From a virus (lineage: Duplodnaviria > Heunggongvirae > Uroviricota > Caudoviricetes), in the IMG/VR virus record IMGVR_UViG_3300011008_000003: a stretch of 64,000 nucleotides of DNA; one strand, given 5' to 3'. Both the position numbers and the translations under genes were made by a program. Below are positions 38,182 to 49,391 of the stretch, in pieces (positions within the stretch are counted from its first letter, which is position 1; each line of letters opens with the position of its first letter). The notes below the pieces were generated by a model. That model did not search any database, was not told the DNA's origin, and saw only the letters and a list, made by a program, of their open reading frames with translations.

Positions 38182-39109
38182 TTTTTACTCCATTTTATGA
38201 GTTAAATATAACAAAAGGATTGACGTTCGTCAACCCCTTTTTGTCGGCTCTGCAAAGCTTAATGTCTCTTTTTCCAAAAACCGCAAACTAAATATAGAAA
38301 TATTGATAGGCAGATTACATGAATAATTGAAAATTCCAAGCTTAATAACGTACAGAATATTAAGACGTTAAAGAAACTGGTCAGGAATATATTAATTATC
38401 TGTAATACTAGCTTTTCCATTTGATTTGCGACTGGCTTAAAATTTCGATTGTTTCCTTTACTTCAACCAGAGTCCCAGACCTTACGCCGTTAAGTTCGTA
38501 AGAATGAGCTTCCAGGTCTTCGATGCAATCATCTTTATTTATATACTTCTTGGCGGTTTTGATGTTTGGAGACCAATGCCAGCCATTCCAGTATGATTCT
38601 TTGTCTTTCAGTACGAAGTATGTTTGATTCATAGTTTACCTATTCCAAAAACAATCTTGTGTATATTCAGCAGTATCGACCTGAATAATTTCGTCAGTAT
38701 GAATACATTCTGTCTTCGTAGGGACCAAATCCCAACCGTATTTTCCGCATTTTTCCATTGCGAATTGTTCGGCCAATGACTTATCAGTCCATGTAAGAAC
38801 GTGTTCATTCAAAACTGATTGATAACCATTGATTTTATTGGGAAACATTGTATTTGGTGCAAAATTAAATGCAACAGTCCATTCTACGTCTCTAGTTTTT
38901 GTACTCATATAACCTTTTACATATCTGCTTCGATGATTTTTTCAGAAACCTCATCAAGATTATCCAATGCCTTTTCTGCATTGATTCTTTCATTGGTTAC
39001 AACTTCCGTGTCAAAGCGGTCGAGATGAAGCATCATTCTCTTCAACTCTTCCGCCGGGAACATAGACATCATCGACGGTCTGTCTTCTGTATTGTCCATA
39101 CTTATTTAT

Positions 39110-40216
39110 TTATTCATTATCCATTTTCTCGAGAGCGTCCTTAATAATCATTTCGTGATGGAAACCCATTTTCGGAAGATTATCAAGTTTGAACCAACGA
39201 GTATCGGCTGCGTCGTCACCCGCGAAAGCAAGCTTCTTTTCCTTGCCAGTTACATGGACGAGGAACGCAGTATCGATAATACGGAGGCGCGGGTCGAACA
39301 TATGGCTGTAAGTACGAATCTGCTTGAACTTATGAACAGGAATATCCAGATGAGTTTCTTCGCGGAGTTCACGAGCTGCGGCATGTTCGAGGTCTTCGTC
39401 AGCCTTTACGTTCTTACCAGTTTCCTTGTCGACAATATCAATCGGATCAAAGAAACCGCCACAGCAGCACCAGTAATTCTGGAAAGGAGGTTTCTTACGA
39501 CGGATAAGCAAGACTTCATCGCCACAGATAGGAACGTTGTCGACAGTATTAGCGAACTTGCCCCATCCCTGCTTCTTGTAATTTTCGATAAATGCCTTTT
39601 CAATCTTATCGTAATCCAAAGGATTCTGATGATACAGCGAATGTTCCTTAATATAATGGAAAACGTTCTTGCTGATATGGTCCTGGACCAGCTTATAATG
39701 ACATTCCGGATCCATTTCAAATGCCTGACGAACATAGCTACTGGAAACATCCTGAACCTTATCGCTCAGTTCCATAAACGTATAGTCGTAGGAATCGGTA
39801 GTATACTTCTTCTGCCAATCCTTTTCGCTTCCCTTACGGGTAAAGATGATAAACTTGTAGTATTTCAAAAGACGCTTGGAGAACTTCCACTTGTCGGCAA
39901 GCAAGCTAGCCCATTCGTCTTCGCCGATAACAATAGTAATGTCCTTCGGGTCGACTGTTCTGAAATTTACAGAAATAAATTCATACATTCGGTTATTCTG
40001 CTTATACAGCTCGTACTTCTTGATATTACGAGCGGCAAGAGCATTACGAACCATATTGCAACGTTCTTCAACCGAAGTACGATTTTTCTTTTCATCATTA
40101 TCGGTTACGAGGATATGGAACTTATCATTCTGGCGAAGCTTCTTATGGATCGTCTTGATAATTTCTTCGTGTGCATGAGTAAACGGGTCAAACCAGCTTC
40201 CAAAAATATAATGCAT
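39110..40216 (-). CDS. Nucleotidyltransferase (NadD/NadM-like)-Nudix hydrolase fusion
   Basis: FDPFTHAH, VIGED, VSSSYVR; Nudix box AAARELREET, DPRLR, AGDDA. Confidence 0.88.
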   Translation of the reverse strand: MHYIFGSWFDPFTHAHEEIIKTIHKKLRQNDKFHILVTDNDEKKNRTSVEERCNMVRNALAARNIKKYELYKQNNRMYEFISVNFRTVDPKDITIVIGEDEWASLLADKWKFSKRLLKYYKFIIFTRKGSEKDWQKKYTTDSYDYTFMELSDKVQDVSSSYVRQAFEMDPECHYKLVQDHISKNVFHYIKEHSLYHQNPLDYDKIEKAFIENYKKQGWGKFANTVDNVPICGDEVLLIRRKKPPFQNYWCCCGGFFDPIDIVDKETGKNVKADEDLEHAAARELREETHLDIPVHKFKQIRTYSHMFDPRLRIIDTAFLVHVTGKEKKLAFAGDDAADTRWFKLDNLPKMGFHHEMIIKDALEKMDNE

Positions 40217-40929
40217 AGAAACATCCTTTATGTTTTTATTAAATATAGAAAAAGGCTGACTCGTCGTCAACCCTTTATATTTTAGTTGATAAAATTAATT
40301 CTCAGTAGATTCGAAGAATAGTTTTGTAAAATTGTCGCCGTCCTCGGCATATACAAATTTAAAATCATATTCTTTTACGAAATCGAAATCAGATATAACA
40401 TCTTTCTGCTTTTCGATTTTCGGAAAACAGAACTGTTTAAATCTGGTAATCTGACGAGAAGCGCCGATTGTACCTTCGGCTTCATCTACTATCGAGAATT
40501 TCTTTGTTTTCTTATCAAATTTAACTTCGACCATAAATCCTCCGTTTAATCTGGTAATGAGTTAATTGCTTCTTCTACTCTCTCATTTTTATATTCAATA
40601 TACTCTTTTTTGATAAATGAAAAGAAATCTGTCTTAGGCTGCTTTGCTATATATAACATTATCAACTGAGGCAATGTAGTTTTATACATACCGTTAGTAA
40701 GGTCATTTTCCTGTTCAAACTTAATAATTTCGTCAATATCAGTAGATACGTCTTTACCGTCTTCACCGATTGATGTAAAAATTGAAGTTAAAGGAAAATA
40801 ATGGGTCTCATTGTCAATAGATATTACTATTGACTTAGTACGAAGTTCCACAAAAAGTATAGTTTTGGTTTTTTCGAGGTTTATACAACCTAACCCATCA
40901 GTACCACTAACATATGTCAAAATCAACAT

Positions 40930-41370
40930 TTAAATACTCTTTTTTACCTTGATTTCGTTTTCGACATCGGCAAAACGTGCCTTCATGTTCTCGACAGTCT
41001 CTGCCGGAACGTTATGTACATTCTGGAATTCGTTATCCATTCGATAGATAATGACATTCAACTGGCGAGTATTTGCCTCGTCAAGGTAGGGCTTCAGTTC
41101 TTTCATTGTAGTAAAAGTATTCGCTACGATAACGTAATCAGCTCCCTTGTCGAAAGCCTCAAAGACACGGTTCCAGCAGGTCTGGTGAGCAACGCCCAGC
41201 AGTTCCGGCTTGAATACGTATTCGTTATTTTCGTTGAGCCAGAAGTCATCTGCCTCGATATGGTACACAGTATATCCGTCAGACTCCAGGTCCTTCTTCT
41301 TCGCCTTAGAAAAAGTAGACTTGCCAGCGCCTGGAATTCCACGAACAATGATTAATGTCTTCTTGTCCAT
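40930..41370 (-). CDS. P-loop kinase (polynucleotide kinase/AAA_33-like)
   Basis: RGIPGAGKST, EADD, V.NTF, NVHNVP. Confidence 0.85.
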   Translation of the reverse strand: MDKKTLIIVRGIPGAGKSTFSKAKKKDLESDGYTVYHIEADDFWLNENNEYVFKPELLGVAHQTCWNRVFEAFDKGADYVIVANTFTTMKELKPYLDEANTRQLNVIIYRMDNEFQNVHNVPAETVENMKARFADVENEIKVKKSI

Positions 41371-42549
41371 ATTGACCTCATATTTTTAAAAATGTATCGA
41401 AAATAAGTTGTGATTTTTTCTGTAGTTCTTCATGTAGACGTTCGTTTTCTTTAAGAATCGACATAATGTCGCAGACCATCATATTCTTAGAAAACTTACT
41501 GTCATATTCTTCGCAATATTCGGTAAGACGAGAAATACTGTCTTCAATCGATGTATGCGGCTTGCTTTCCTGTTCTGGATTTTCTGTATCTATAATTTCC
41601 TTGATTACGCCAATATACTTGTCGAACTTATCGAAATTAAAAGACTTCTTTTCATCTCCGTCATAAATGAAATATTCAGACATGATAAAGTCTTTAATTT
41701 CCGTAAGCTTAGACTTGATATACCTGTATAACCTGATATTACAATATGTATAATCAGATTCGTCAGTACGGAACGTAATCGTTCCGATAACGGTTTCCCT
41801 ATAGAATACATGCCATACTCGTTCATTCATAATGACGACAGGCTGTATATAAAAACCGTGACGTTCAAGCATCAGCCGCAAAAGATAAGAGGATTGATTG
41901 AGATAATCAAAGAGCTTCTTATCGGCTATTGTCATCGGACTTTTCATTTTTACCTAACAGTTTTTCCTGTAACGCCGCATTCATCTTCTTCAGCGTTTCA
42001 TTTTCTTTTTGCAAATCTTGAACATACTTAATGACCCTGGTAAGATATTCTTCTACAGAAAAATTAGCTCGCCAATTATCAAAACCATTGCGTTCATTAC
42101 ACATGCTAACCTACTGGGATATTTGAAAGAATCGCGATAAAAATAATATTCAGGACATAAAAACGGAAAAGAATCCCACCGACAGATTTCATTGTCGGAT
42201 GTTCATCTTCTTCCGCTCCTAAAGAAACAGAAATGGCAGCAAAAACAATCTCGACTAAAGTCAAGACCGTTCCATAGCCAAGAAATGTTATTACTGTATT
42301 CTGCATATTACTTTCCAAATGCGTTTTGATGGATTTGTACAATGAAACCGGTCTGGTCGCCCTTTTCTTTCATGAAACTGTGCAAGTGAGCCATCTGCCA
42401 GCGCAACATCTTAGATTCTTCAGTTACGGTCGCAGTTTCAGAACGGTGTTCAATTTTTTCGATGAAAGCATTAGAAAGCTTAACTATTTCGTCATAGTCA
42501 AGCTCGATAACGGCTTTCTGCTTTTCATTATCAACTTTTAAAACAATCA

Positions 42550-43428
42550 TTACTTATCCTTCTTTATAGCAAAGACATCTGCACCGTATTGTGTTTTCGT
42601 CAAATCAACAATTGCCTTATCAAGCTTCTGAATAAGCTCCTTCGATGCATTGAAATCTTCCGCATGAGTATGGACATATTTCATCTGGTATACAAAGAAT
42701 TCAAAAGATTGGATTGAAAGCGCCGGCTTGAAATCCGATACAAGGTCAAACTTGTTATTATCCTGCATAATAGCTGCTGCATAAGAAAATTCCTGAAGTA
42801 AGAACTTTTCATAAACTTCAAGCTGTGCTGCGGTATAATCAGCCTTGTCGTTAGCCAACTGTTCCTTATAATAATTGAGGTACTTCGGAACAGACATCGG
42901 AACCATCGAAATAGATGTTACCATATCGAGATCCATAGAATAATTTATAGCGTCGACAGTATTATGCTCAGCAGTAAGTTTTTCTGACAGAATCTTACCG
43001 AAACGCATTTCATAATCTTTGATGTGATTATCTTTATAGCAAGACTTATACGTACAATGACCAAGATCTGCATAAATCAATCTGGTAACTTCAGACCAGC
43101 AAATATCGAATTCAGTCGAGTCAAAGAAATTCTGTTTCCAATGCTGGTTATAATCAAAACAAGACTCTAAATCTTCTACACGTACTGCACCGTCTTCATA
43201 GATTTCTTTGAAAATATAACGAACCGTTAAATGCTTAGTGGCAGGGAAAACCTTGAAATAAACGTCGGTCACGCCAAACTTATAGGCAAGATGATGGTTC
43301 TGAAGAATATCAGAATCAATGCCCGCATAGAACGAACGCAAGATCGGTCCACCAAGCTGACTGAGATTAACCTTATAGAGTTTCCAAACTCGATTCTTTT
43401 CAATTAATTCGGTATGAATATAATCCAT
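42550..43428 (-). CDS. Hypothetical protein
   Basis: 292 aa, AAGGA RBS. Confidence 0.7.
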   Translation of the reverse strand: MDYIHTELIEKNRVWKLYKVNLSQLGGPILRSFYAGIDSDILQNHHLAYKFGVTDVYFKVFPATKHLTVRYIFKEIYEDGAVRVEDLESCFDYNQHWKQNFFDSTEFDICWSEVTRLIYADLGHCTYKSCYKDNHIKDYEMRFGKILSEKLTAEHNTVDAINYSMDLDMVTSISMVPMSVPKYLNYYKEQLANDKADYTAAQLEVYEKFLLQEFSYAAAIMQDNNKFDLVSDFKPALSIQSFEFFVYQMKYVHTHAEDFNASKELIQKLDKAIVDLTKTQYGADVFAIKKDK

Positions 43429-43440
43429 GATTTTTCCTTT

Positions 43441-44238
43441 TTAAAGTCCAGTCTGTCTGGTGCTAAAGTTGATATTTCCTTTTCCTTCAATTTCGATTGC
43501 ATCTTCGAAATCTTCAGGAACACGGTTAATATAGACATCGCCGGTAAAGTCCTTGATTAAAGTCGCAGTCCAGTCTTTGTCTACCGTATGTTCTTTAAGC
43601 CTCGCCGGGTCAATTTCAGGATGGTCAGTCGGTACGACGCATACTAGGCCCGCATCCGCACAGAAACGGCCCATAACGCCTCCGCGGTCGTCGAACGTGG
43701 TACAAGACCAGTCACCGTAAATCGTGTCCCTAAGGAGCATATTTTCGCTTTCTTCATACATGCCGTGTGTGTTCAGAAACTTATCCCAGTTACTGAAAAT
43801 ATAGCACGGGTCCGTAATGATAATGTCCTTATGCTCGAAATGAATATGCATCGGTTTTTCACGCTGTTCTTTACGGTCGACTTCATGAGCAATAGCACGC
43901 CAATACTCTTCAGCATATTCGAACAGATAAATCTTATTCCAAGTTTCATCCGTATAGTTTTCATGCTTTTCGACTTTACCGCCAATATCGAGTTCAATAA
44001 CATCATCGTACTTAATCTTATTGAAACGATAATCAGAAAGCCAATTTGCACGGCGATAACATTCCTTAGCACCGAGCTTATAATGTTCCGGCTTAGCGAA
44101 TGTCTTCTGTTTACGGAGTTCCTTGGTACGGTTTATCCAATATCTGGTTTTTTTAAGGGAATCATCTGGTTTATCATCAGATCCCATTAAACTTTCGCAA
44201 ACGTCTAATGCAACACCCATATTAGTCCTTATCTTCAA
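43441..44238 (-). CDS. Hypothetical phage protein
   Basis: IIITDPCY...DTIYGDW...FCADAGLV motifs. Confidence 0.7.
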   Translation of the reverse strand: MKIRTNMGVALDVCESLMGSDDKPDDSLKKTRYWINRTKELRKQKTFAKPEHYKLGAKECYRRANWLSDYRFNKIKYDDVIELDIGGKVEKHENYTDETWNKIYLFEYAEEYWRAIAHEVDRKEQREKPMHIHFEHKDIIITDPCYIFSNWDKFLNTHGMYEESENMLLRDTIYGDWSCTTFDDRGGVMGRFCADAGLVCVVPTDHPEIDPARLKEHTVDKDWTATLIKDFTGDVYINRVPEDFEDAIEIEGKGNINFSTRQTGL

Positions 44239-44737
44239 GAATCATGGTTTCCATCTTCTTCACCATATCGTCCAAGTTTTCAAACGACAGAGACGGGAAG
44301 TTGAGGTTGATACCAAGCAAATGATACATACCAGGCTTGATAAACGGGCGCATCTTGGAAATCCAGACAACGACACGATGATCACCATTCTTAATGACAT
44401 AGGCCTTATCGTCGCGGTCGACTTCGCCCTTTTCGTTTTCAAGGGTCTTGGATTCGCTGATGGCGTAACCGAGCTTGTCGAATACGTCCGTAACCTTCTT
44501 GAGTTCTGCGTCGTCCCATGAATATGCGACAGAGAGCATAGAAAGCGGACGTTCCATGATAAGGCATGCATCAAGATTGTCATCCGGTACGCTTTCGACG
44601 TACTTGATTACTTCCGGAAGTTTGGAAGCGTCATACTTATCCGGCATTTTCGGAATATCACGCTTAAGTGCTTCGATATAGTTCTTACGGAGTTCGGCGA
44701 TACGTTCTTGTTCGGTCTGTTCTTTCTTCTTGGCCAT
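44222..44737 (-). CDS. Hypothetical protein
   Basis: AACCAAAGGA RBS and promoter. Confidence 0.7.
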   Translation of the reverse strand: MAKKKEQTEQERIAELRKNYIEALKRDIPKMPDKYDASKLPEVIKYVESVPDDNLDACLIMERPLSMLSVAYSWDDAELKKVTDVFDKLGYAISESKTLENEKGEVDRDDKAYVIKNGDHRVVVWISKMRPFIKPGMYHLLGINLNFPSLSFENLDDMVKKMETMILEDKD

Positions 44738-44786
44738 AATAAGGTCCTTTGGTTAAATGTTTTTACTAAATATAGCAAAAGATAGT

Positions 44787-45437
44787 CTATTCGTCAATAG
44801 TCTTTGTGAGCTCGTTTAGACGAACAGGGCGATACCATGCTTCCCAGCTGATATTGTTCTCCACGAAATTACAGTTATGGTTCTGAAGAACGTTTGTCTT
44901 GTTGAATTCATGCGTATGGCCATGAACCAGATAGTCAAGCTTTGTTCCAGCCTGCAAGTAGTGGTTCAAAACCGTCGGATCACCAGTCGTTCCATCATGT
45001 TCATTGACAGTTTCGTCATAATTGAAATGCTGGATGAGATAGTTCTTATCGTTATGGTTCAACAGGATATAATCCTTGACCAAAGTGATATTCGGGAACA
45101 TATCCTTGACCGGATAGATTTTCTTGAACAGAGCATAGTCATGATTACCGCGAATCATGTACATATGCTTGAAATTCAGCTTGTTAGTGTAATAGTCGCC
45201 GAATACTTCAAGCAATTGACTGCCTGGAGTTCCAAGAGTAAAGTCACCAAGAAAGATAACGGTATCATCCGGTGAAACTACAGAATTCCACTGCTTAACG
45301 ATGTCGTCGTTCATTTCTTCGATAGTCTGGTATTTACGAGTACGATCAAAATGCTCTTCGTAACTGGTACAGAGCTTCTTGTGATTGACATGTAAATCAC
45401 TGACTAATAAGATATTTTCATTTAATGTTAATTCCAT
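44787..45437 (-). CDS. Calcineurin-like metallophosphoesterase
   Basis: SDLH, LGD, GNHD, HGHTH. Confidence 0.88.
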   Translation of the reverse strand: MELTLNENILLVSDLHVNHKKLCTSYEEHFDRTRKYQTIEEMNDDIVKQWNSVVSPDDTVIFLGDFTLGTPGSQLLEVFGDYYTNKLNFKHMYMIRGNHDYALFKKIYPVKDMFPNITLVKDYILLNHNDKNYLIQHFNYDETVNEHDGTTGDPTVLNHYLQAGTKLDYLVHGHTHEFNKTNVLQNHNCNFVENNISWEAWYRPVRLNELTKTIDE

Positions 45438-45484
45438 ATGCCAAATATAATAAAAATAGGGCTTTTTGTAAACCCTACGAGTAA

Positions 45485-45670
45485 TTATTGTCGTCCTTGA
45501 ATTTCTTTAATAATACGTTCAAGTTCACCAGACTCTACAGCTTCTTTAAGCATATCGTTAATCAATCTGTCAACTGATACGCCTTTTTCATCAGCTATTT
45601 CCTGAAGTTTCTTATAATCTTCATCTGGAATATCGATTTGGATTTCTTCAGTTAAATTATCGTCATTCAT
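45485..45670 (-). CDS. Ribbon-helix-helix-like small protein
   Basis: IQIDIPDEDYKKLQEIADEKGVSVDRLI pattern. Confidence 0.55.
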   Translation of the reverse strand: MNDDNLTEEIQIDIPDEDYKKLQEIADEKGVSVDRLINDMLKEAVESGELERIIKEIQGRQ

Positions 45671-46731
45671 CTTCTATCTCCTGTTTTGTGATTGTTATAG
45701 ATAATAGTTCTCGTGCATTAGACTGCTTTATTTCATTTTTCTGGTATTCATTAGAAAACTTAGAACCAGGTTTCCAAGGAATATGAAAATCGACACCATT
45801 AATACAGACACTTGTAAGGTCATCACAGTATTTCAATCGATTAACACAGTCTTCGCCGTCAGTCATATTTTTTGATAAATCGTCATTGAAATTTTTTTGA
45901 CCTGGTAAATGCCAATACCATTCTGGATTACTGAGGTCTAATTCAATATAGAATCGCTTTAAGTCAGTAACATAATACAGTTCAAAATGTTCGAACGTAT
46001 ATCTTTTACCGTCTTCCTTAAAACGCATATGATTGATAGCCCGTGTATCTATACAGATATGTTCACAGTTTTGAAAGACGAAATCTATTGTATTAAATTG
46101 TTGAAACTTATTCATTTACCAATTCCAATCTGCACTTAATCCTAGGTCAGAACAATTTCGACGTTTAGTTTGCTTGATTGCATGAATAAAATCGTCATAT
46201 TCAGATGCAAAATCTTTTTGAATAACTGTCGCAGATGTTTGATTCGGATCCGTTGTATGACTTGCCCAAGATTATGCGGCATATTCTGCATCCCAGCGAT
46301 TTACTGCAGTAGAACCGGTAAATCCTGTATAAGAAGGAACATTCTTCCATGCAGCATCAGCTTTAACTTCATAACCGAGTGGTGGAATAGAATTCCAATT
46401 ATTTTCAATAAGTTCTTCAGAAGACATATCTTCAAGTGCCTTATTCAGCTTACGTCGGCAGAACGGACAATATTCCAACTTGACTGAAGAAACGACTTCA
46501 TTTGTAAGATTATTACAGATTTGTAGATAGAAATTACCTGGATTATTCTGGTCTTCTACCAAGAACATTTCTTGATTAATACCACGACCTTCTAGCAAGT
46601 CTATTTTTTGACGGTCTAAATAATTATTAGCGTCACCATTAAAACGTTCACAATATTTGCACATATTTAACCTCTAATTCAAATATAGAAATATTGTAAA
46701 CAAATTTTAACGTTTTTAATTTAATCTGATA

Positions 46732-47241
46732 TTATTCATTCAACAGCGTTCTTGCCTTGGGCATGAGATTACGTAAAATAGTAAGCTCTTTACCATTCGG
46801 GTCGAGAATTCGCATAGCACTAGCCTTGAATCCAACCTTATAGCAAACATTTTCATAACGGCTAAAACTCATAGTCAAACCGCTGATATTTTCGACCATG
46901 ACATTTGTATATAAGATAGAACCAATTAATGTATCATCGTCTTCGTTATAAAGCTTTATCTCAATCTTGTCGATTGGTTGATTAGTATTTAACAAATGTA
47001 ACAATGCTGCATATTCATTGATTTCATTAAGACAAAATTCAATAGCGAATTTCATGTTATCGGCAGAAGTCATTTCCTTCATAGTATCGGAATCTTTTTC
47101 AGTAGATGCCTCTATAGCAGCAGAATTAACACTGCAAGTAAACTTCTTGTACATGTCTTGAAGCTTTTTCGCAACGCCAATATCGATAGGAATACTTGAC
47201 GGATTGATTGTATAGTCGACTTTAAAATTACAGAATTTCAT
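46732..47241 (-). CDS. Hypothetical protein, possibly tail-tube-like fold
   Basis: IEIKLYN...ILYTNV.VENISGL.MS...KVGF pattern only. Confidence 0.35.
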   Translation of the reverse strand: MKFCNFKVDYTINPSSIPIDIGVAKKLQDMYKKFTCSVNSAAIEASTEKDSDTMKEMTSADNMKFAIEFCLNEINEYAALLHLLNTNQPIDKIEIKLYNEDDDTLIGSILYTNVMVENISGLTMSFSRYENVCYKVGFKASAMRILDPNGKELTILRNLMPKARTLLNE

Positions 47242-47322
47242 AATATACCTCTTATAGTTTTATACAAATATAGAAAAAGGTTGACTTTCGTCAACCTTTT
47301 CTCTCCTTTTCCCCAACTTTTT

Positions 47323-49254
47323 CTAGTTTTTCTTCTGTGCGAAGAGGTCGATGAGAGTGTCCTTGCTCAACTGGGTCAAGTCAAGTTCGACGTCAGCATC
47401 TTCGTCTTCGACAAAAGTAAACCCTGCCATCATGAGAATCGGCTTCAAGTCGATGAACGTACGGCACTTGTTCTTGAGGTTCTCCAGGTAAACTGCGGAG
47501 TACTTATGGTTAGGTACGCGACCGCCGCCCTGGGTCAAATCCATCAAGAACACCTTATTATCCACGATCAATGCACACTGCTTATCGCGTTCATTATCGA
47601 CAGGGATAATGAATTCCGCGAGAACATTGTTCGGGTCACACATCACAGCACCGCTGGTACGACGATAACCGGAAGAATTGAGCTTAGACTTCATGTCTTC
47701 CTTAGCAACGAACAGCTTGAACTGAGACTTCGGATTACCACTGTACTGACTTACGGAAATCTTTCCGTCAGGTGCATTGGAACCGATATAGAAGAGTTCG
47801 GTTGCTTCCGGTTCGGCATTAGTCATGTCACCAGAGAAAATAATCGAGTTATTCTTGCTGGTGAAAGAGCTGTTCCAACCGTAAGAATGTCCTTCCAAAT
47901 CGTACATATGAAGGTCGAAATCGCGAGTTCCCCATTCATTACGCCAGTAAATACCGACGACGTTGTGAGAGTCGCCCATATCGACAGACGTGCCGAACGG
48001 ATAGTTACCGATGAAGTTCTTTTCAGAAGTCGGTACAGTCAAGTTGACGTTCTTCGGATAACGCACAGTGCATGCCTTAGCCTTCAGAGAATCAACAAGG
48101 GAACGTTCGAGTTCATGATAGACGGACATGAGATAAGAAGTCATTGACTGGTCGTTAGCCTTACAATTTTCCTTAACCCACATCTTTCCATTACGAATAA
48201 CATACATCTTACCGGTTGCGTTCTGCAACTTGGCCAAAATTGCCTGCATAAGGGTAATCTTCTTGTAGTTCGTAATTTCGTTTGCTGCCAACTTGCTTGC
48301 AAGAACAGAAAGATCCTTCTTTTCAGCAACGACGGTTTCCCAGAAGCCAGCATGGAACGGCTTATGGTCAGTAACGGCCAGACGACGAATCTGGTTAATT
48401 ACAGACGCATTGGATTCCTTTCCGGAAACGCTAGCCTTGAGCTTAGCGGCAGCCTTCTTGAAAGCTTCATTCTTAAAGACGCTTGTAGAAGAAGCGTTCT
48501 TCGCCTGCTTAAAAGCAAGGAATAACGGCTTGAAGCGGTAGAAAATCGAAGCGAGAGCGTGTCGCTGTTCGTCGGTCAACTTGGTGAAGTCAACCTTATT
48601 GGCATTTTCCTTAATGGTCTGGATGGTACGCTTATCCTTGATGAGCATAGCCTTTCCAGTTGCCTTGAACACGAAGTATCGAATCATGTTAAACGGATCC
48701 TTACCGAACTTGCCGGTCTTGTCCATAAGCATGATAATAGCTTCCTTGTTCTTGACAGAATCAATATCGAGACCATACTTTTCGAAACGGTCGTTCTCGG
48801 TGATGTACTCGATAAGGACATTAAGAGTTTCGGATTCAAGTGCGATACCAGACTGGAGCATCTTAACACAACGGTCATAGATTTCCTGGTCGGTAGCCGG
48901 CATGATTACCTTAAAAGAATTGTACGGAATTTCAACATCCGCATTCTGATTCGGAACATAGCCGTTACCAGCCGTAAAGTCGGTACCATACGTAGAAGCA
49001 TAGTGGCGAAGCTGGTCAATCAAGAGTTCGAAACGAGTCTTGGAAGTGATGTCTTCCCACTTAGCGTAAAAAGTCTTGTTGTAGTTGGTCTTCGCTTCTT
49101 TCTTCACCCAATTGAGTGCAATAGTGGAGCAACAGTCCGGATGGATAATCCAGCCGTACTTTGCTGATTCGGCGTTAACTTCTTCGAAAGAGCGCTTGGT
49201 AGATTCATCTGCCTTAGGCATGACATTGAACATAGTGATCAACTTAAGATTCAT
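47323..49254 (-). CDS. 643-aa protein: helical N-terminal region + TerD-like C-terminal domain; candidate RNA-binding partner of the UCCUAUU RNAs
   Basis: DFDLH...GWN...FSGDMTNA.P.ATE TerD-like motifs; strong codon bias; leader contains family member F. Confidence 0.6.
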   Translation of the reverse strand: MNLKLITMFNVMPKADESTKRSFEEVNAESAKYGWIIHPDCCSTIALNWVKKEAKTNYNKTFYAKWEDITSKTRFELLIDQLRHYASTYGTDFTAGNGYVPNQNADVEIPYNSFKVIMPATDQEIYDRCVKMLQSGIALESETLNVLIEYITENDRFEKYGLDIDSVKNKEAIIMLMDKTGKFGKDPFNMIRYFVFKATGKAMLIKDKRTIQTIKENANKVDFTKLTDEQRHALASIFYRFKPLFLAFKQAKNASSTSVFKNEAFKKAAAKLKASVSGKESNASVINQIRRLAVTDHKPFHAGFWETVVAEKKDLSVLASKLAANEITNYKKITLMQAILAKLQNATGKMYVIRNGKMWVKENCKANDQSMTSYLMSVYHELERSLVDSLKAKACTVRYPKNVNLTVPTSEKNFIGNYPFGTSVDMGDSHNVVGIYWRNEWGTRDFDLHMYDLEGHSYGWNSSFTSKNNSIIFSGDMTNAEPEATELFYIGSNAPDGKISVSQYSGNPKSQFKLFVAKEDMKSKLNSSGYRRTSGAVMCDPNNVLAEFIIPVDNERDKQCALIVDNKVFLMDLTQGGGRVPNHKYSAVYLENLKNKCRTFIDLKPILMMAGFTFVEDEDADVELDLTQLSKDTLIDLFAQKKN

Positions 49255-49282
49255 AATCTTTTCCTCATTTGAAAATAAAAAA

Positions 49283-49348
49283 CTGTTAAAGCGAGAAGTA
49301 AGTTTTGCCTAATTATCAGTTTAATAGGAACTTCTTTTGCTTTAACAG
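49283..49348 (-). ncRNA. Bulged-helix/UCCUAUU RNA in 5' leader of the 643-aa gene (member F)
   Basis: CTGTTAAAGC-AAA-AGAAGT-TCCTATT...ACTTCT-C-GCTTTAACAG followed by TTTTTTATTTT; between promoter 49354-49382 and GAGG RBS. Confidence 0.75.
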
Positions 49349-49391
49349 GTGTAAATATAGTAAAGTGTGTTAGGTTTGTCAACCCTTTTTA

